The translations under genes and the position numbers were made by a program. The notes under the pieces were generated by a model. It did not search any database. It had not been told where the DNA came from and saw only the letters and a list, made by a program, of their open reading frames with translations. From assembly GCA_043228905.1 (NCBI GenBank), contig JBHGNT010001082.1, positions 1 to 12,249 of the forward strand: a stretch of 12,249 nucleotides of DNA, read 5' to 3'. Source of the DNA: Azolla caroliniana. Taxonomy: Eukaryota; Plantae; Polypodiophyta. Below are positions 8,567 through 12,249 of the stretch, piece after piece (within the stretch, counting starts at the first letter, position 1; the number at the start of each line of letters is the position of its first letter).

Positions 8567-9246
8567 AAAGCGTTAACAAACAAATGTAATGGTTCACGCG
8601 GGAAGCGTGAACGGCTAAAAACCCTGTGTATATAAAGGGCAGAAATCCTCTGTAAGAGGTAGTGTGTAATTTTGGAGTATAGAGCGTTTTTCTAATAAAT
8701 TACTATCTTCTCGGATATCTGTGCATATCTGTGGCTTTCTCTGTTGCATTCTTGGTTTCTCTGTTGCGTACTGTTAATCGTAAGGGTGTAGGTGTAAGCG
8801 CGGATCCCAGCGCACTTCCTAAAGAGTTCAGTTGTAGACGTCTCCCTTATACGCTACTAGGATACGAGGGAGTATCCCATTACGATTTACGGTACGAAGG
8901 TTCTATTCCTTTTAACACGGTCACCTTGAGGTCTACCTCGAAGGACTGAGCGTAGACAGTGTTCTTAATCGGTAACAGTAGGCCATTGGAGGTCTACACT
9001 CCTAGACTATTATGTAGTTATCCGAGGAGTTAGTGTCTGATGCTCTATACGAGCACTGAACTACTTGTCAGTACTTCTATCAGTCCTTTATATGTATAGA
9101 CTCTTGGAGTATTTTTTAAATTAGAGTTTTATGTTGTTCTACTCTCTTTGTGTTCTGTGAAGTTTCCATTAAACCTTAGTTCCATTTTCTCTTGCTATCC
9201 GACAGAGGCGGTTGTGTTTGTTAGATTCCACACGCTAATATTTACA
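8567..9246 (+). mobile_element. 5' LTR (probably truncated in U3) of a Ty1/copia element
   Basis: TATATAAA near 8629. Ends in ...TTTACA immediately before the PBS. Left boundary uncertain (a TG start at 8585 is also possible). Confidence 0.65.
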
Positions 9247-9258
9247 TGGTATCAAAGT
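9247..9258 (+). promoter_or_regulatory. Primer-binding site, initiator tRNA-Met type
   Basis: TGGTATCAAAGT versus the canonical plant TGGTATCAGAGC, directly after the LTR-terminal CA. Confidence 0.85.
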
Positions 9259-9347
9259 GCAAGGGTTGAAAATCCTCTGTTACCGACACGATACCTGAGA
9301 AAACTAGAAGAAAACCTAACTTCCGGGTAAGAACAACCTGAAGAAAG

Positions 9348-10819
9348 ATGGACAGAGGAACGGCTAGCCCGCTTCAAACGTAGAAGCTCGACAGAGGCAA
9401 CTATGCATCTTGGTCTCACAAGATGCACCAGTACCTGCTCGGACACGGTTACTAGATCTATTTCGAAGGAGCGAATGAAGTAGCGCTGGAGTCGGCACAC
9501 AAGGACTTCTTGTCATGGGATCAAGGAGCGAGTAGACTTCTATACTGGCTCGTGTCCTGTGTGCACGACCAGATGCTTGGCTACATCAGAGATGTGAAAA
9601 CGTCGAAGGAGGCCTGGGAAAATCCCAAAACGATTTTCACCACCACTACCACAGCCTATATGTTGCAGCTCCGACAAGAGCTCAACAACATCCGACAAAG
9701 GGATATGTCGGTTACGGATTATACCACTAAGATAAAGGAGATCTGTGACGCATTAGGTTCCATCAATGTAACGGTGGATGAAGAAGAGATGGTCTAGATC
9801 TGCCTCAGTGGTCTAGCGCAGAGGTACGAGCCTATCCAGACAATGATTTGCACCCGGGAGAAGCCACCATCCTTCATTGACTAGCAATCAATGTTGATGG
9901 TTGAAGAAAACCACGTGAGTGGGTCCAAGACCACTCAATTGGATAGTCGGATGTACACAGAGACAGATCGACCCATGGGCGTGGAGGACGAGGTGGTTCG
10001 GCACGCAATAGCGGCGGCCAACAAGAGTAGAATCAAAGGCATGGAGATAGTGCCGAGAGTAGTGCCGAGAGTAGTGCGAGACCCTCCACGAGTAGGGGGA
10101 GTCAAGGCGGCATCGGAAACCAAAACAAAATGTTGGTATTGTGGCAAGAAAGGACACCGAGAGAGCGAGTGTTGGAAGAAGCGCACTGATTCAAACAAAT
10201 CAGGATCTAGAAAGACCAGAAAAGGGCAGCCTTCGTAATCAAACATAAGACGAACTCGATGAAGATGACCACTTCCACATCGGAGGAAGTGTGGTATGTT
10301 GACTCCGGAGCATCTAACCATATGACAAGCCACGAAGAGTGGTTCTCATATTTGGAGGAACCGAAACAACCGGAGATGACACTCCTCACCCGATCGAGCA
10401 TGTCGGAGAGGTCCCTTTGAGTCATGTCGATCAAAAGGGAAAGTTGATGAATGTTTTACATGTTTCGACAATCACGAAGAATCTAGTGTCGATCGGATAG
10501 ATTGTCGCCCAAGGGATGCATGTACGGTTTACGCACCTTGGGTGCTTCATCGAGGAAGAAAGCCAGATCATCGCGCAAGGGCGCCGAGACAGGAGGATGT
10601 TTACCCTCGACAACAATGATGTCGGCGCCGCTTTGTTCAGAAAAGATCAGAAGGTCGAGTCGGATATCGACCTGTGGCATAAGCGGATCAACCAGGTACA
10701 TTATCAAAGGCTTCAGGACTTGCAGTCAAAACAAGTTGTGTTCGAACTGCCAAAATTTAGTGGCCGGAAGGCCCAAATATGTGAAGCCTGCTAGCTCGGG
10801 AAACATCATCGGCTTCCGT
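9348..10819 (+). pseudogene. Decayed Ty1/copia gag-pol 5' fragment (gag, zinc knuckle, aspartic protease, GAG-pre-integrase), truncated before the integrase core
   Basis: MDRG..*KLDRGNYASWSHKM; UBN2-like SKEAWE..LRQELNNIRQ..SVTDY; CWYCGKKGHRESEC (10131-10172); WYVDSGASNHMT (10292-10327); LWHKRINQVHY; ICEAC*LGKHHRLP. Multiple stops and frameshifts. Confidence 0.92.
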
Positions 10820-11353
10820 TGTTGTGAAAATGCAGGTGCGTGCGTGCTTTGTGCGAGCGGGACCACCGACGCCACAGACCAGGGAGGACATTCGCGAACT
10901 TGTTGAGAAGACGATGATGTGTATGTACGAGTCGAGGAAACTAATATCACATTTGAAAAGAACAAAGATTTTTATACTCGAGAAGAAGATAGATGTCAAG
11001 AGGAATAATATATTATTGATGATGATGATGATGATCTCCAAATTGACCCCCCCTTTTACACAAGCTGTATTAGGGTTTTTATAGGTTTGTCCATGCAAAA
11101 AATCATGGGTTTGGAGCCATCGTTTCTATGCACATAGTTTTTCTTTGTGACATGCACAAAACCATGGGCTTGGAACCATAGTTTTGTGCACATGGTTTCA
11201 TATGGTTGTCTCGTATGTAAATTGAATATGAAAGGAAAACAAATCAAAACTACGTTAGAAACCAAAGTTCAAAATTTTGAGTATTCCCATAAATTACCTA
11301 TTCACCATAATAACTAACATGTAATAACACAAACTTCTGAGTAATAAAGCAAA
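10820..11353 (-). mobile_element. Probable LTR fragment of a second retroelement in reverse orientation, interrupting the copia pol
   Basis: Copia coding similarity ends abruptly at TGTTG (10820). The minus strand reads ccTATAAAaaccct (~11082) through an R/U5-like tract to ...CACAACA. No TSD and no far end found. Confidence 0.5.
11018..11035. repeat. (GAT)6 microsatellite
   Basis: gatgatgatgatgatgat, preceded by the AT palindrome AATAATATATTATT. Confidence 0.9.
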
Positions 11354-11406
11354 AAACATGTTCACGTTCACAAGTGGAAGGATTGCGCACAAATGGAAGG
11401 ATAAGG
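11354..11406 (-). repeat. Terminal block (probable TIR) of a second, inverted relative of the DNA transposon
   Basis: Reverse complement of 8514-8566 with 4 transitions. Weaker similarity continues to ~11470 (TGATACTGGT shared with 8461-8470). Confidence 0.85.
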
Positions 11407-11708
11407 AATATTCCATCTGATTTTGGGGCTTTTTTGGCCATTTTACTAAACACCTTGACACCAGTATCACAATTTCTCGAAAACTTGATGAAAAAGCTAA
11501 AATTTTCACCAATTGGAAAATTGAAAAATGTCAAATTTTGGCCAAATACGAAAAGTAACTTTGTGTATTTTTAAGGACAAATTACAACTAGTAGTATTTT
11601 AAATACTAACGATATCATAAGAGAAAGATTTCAAAACAATCAACTTTTCTATTTCATTTGATAAAATGTTGTCTAAATTTGTTGCATATCGTTGCACAAA
11701 AAATACAT

Positions 11709-12110
11709 TTAGGAGTTATTTGCATCACTATCATCATTCCTTTCATGAGAATCCCTACTATAGCTAATATACAATCGTGACTCTTCCTCCTCATTTTCAA
11801 ATGTACCAATTAAATCATTGTCTTCACCAAATGGTGTCGCCAAATTGTGTGCACTAAATCTTGTTCGCCTTCAATCTGAAATATCTTCTAGACTTGGTAA
11901 TATCTCTTTTATTATGTCTATCGTTGTCGTCCTTAAACATCCAATTTTTGTCAGTGTAAAGTCATACACAATAATATCCACCTCACTAATGTCAATGATA
12001 GATGTATTACAAAGACTTAATGCATCACCATGTCCAAAACTTTACCAATGCAGAATTGGTGCCCTAGGTCATGGCCATCTACATGTGTAGCTATTAATAT
12101 CCCCACGTTG
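11709..12110 (-). pseudogene. Decayed 3' fragment of a paralogous transposase
   Basis: Minus strand gives NVGILIATHVDGHDLGHQFCIGKVLDMVMH* and NTSIIDISEVDIIVYDFTLTKIGCLRTTTIDIIKEILPSLE..*..EDNDLIGTFENEEEESRLYISYSRDS. These align to TAGMLIATPADENSHGHQFWVGKILEVLMH and NTSTLDISDVDIIVYDFTLTKAGRLRKSTIDIIKEKLPGLQ..LYISYSSDS. Roughly 130 bp are deleted internally. Confidence 0.9.
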
Positions 12111-12249
12111 TCGTAGTGTATTTTGTACACTACATGAAAAACTTATAAAGTAACTTTTTAGTAAATATGAAGAAATAGAAGAAAATGTCAAAATAAATAA
12201 TAAATGCATAGGGCAAGATTCAAACCTTACACCTCCATGTTAATAATGT

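Noticed and set aside
8592-8612. Hairpin GTTCACGC-gggaa-GCGTGAAC as a Helitron 3' end or terminator
   Set aside because: The following CTAA is only 2 nt away, there is no Rep/helicase and no U-tract, and the hairpin is not shared with the second terminus. More likely part of the LTR.
8450-8635. Small ORFs 8450..8635 and 11294..11512 sharing LSFHLCAILPLVN
   Set aside because: The similarity is simply the translated terminal inverted block.
10824-11098. ORFs with poly-Met or poly-Ile runs
   Set aside because: Translations of the (GAT)6 microsatellite inside a probable LTR.
8514-11406. Single TIR element enclosing the copia fragment
   Set aside because: Similarity extends outward into the two transposase tails rather than inward, so these are two right ends placed tail-to-tail.

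Overview
Eukaryotic, plant-like nested-transposon region. The left 8.56 kb looks like one large DNA transposon with two intact, divergently transcribed genes. (i) Minus strand: a six-exon gene (770..4603, 965 aa when spliced by hand) that fuses a ParB/Srx-like domain to a prokaryote-type beta-class amino (N6-adenine/N4-cytosine) DNA methyltransferase. (ii) Plus strand: an intronless 926-aa DDD transposase (Sola1/DUF7869-like motifs, 5427..8207). Intron 1 of the ParB-MTase gene holds three tandem copies of a 43-bp palindrome (two perfect, one partial; 51-bp period), a candidate parS-like or end-like cis site. The element's right end (~8563) can be located because a decayed, inverted relative at 11357..~12110 shares the transposase 3' end and a 53-bp terminal block. 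Between the two ends lie a decayed Ty1/copia 5' fragment (partial LTR, tRNA-Met PBS, gag, protease, pre-integrase) and a second LTR in reverse orientation. The left end of the main element is not visible. All family assignments come from motif recognition by eye; no database search was run.
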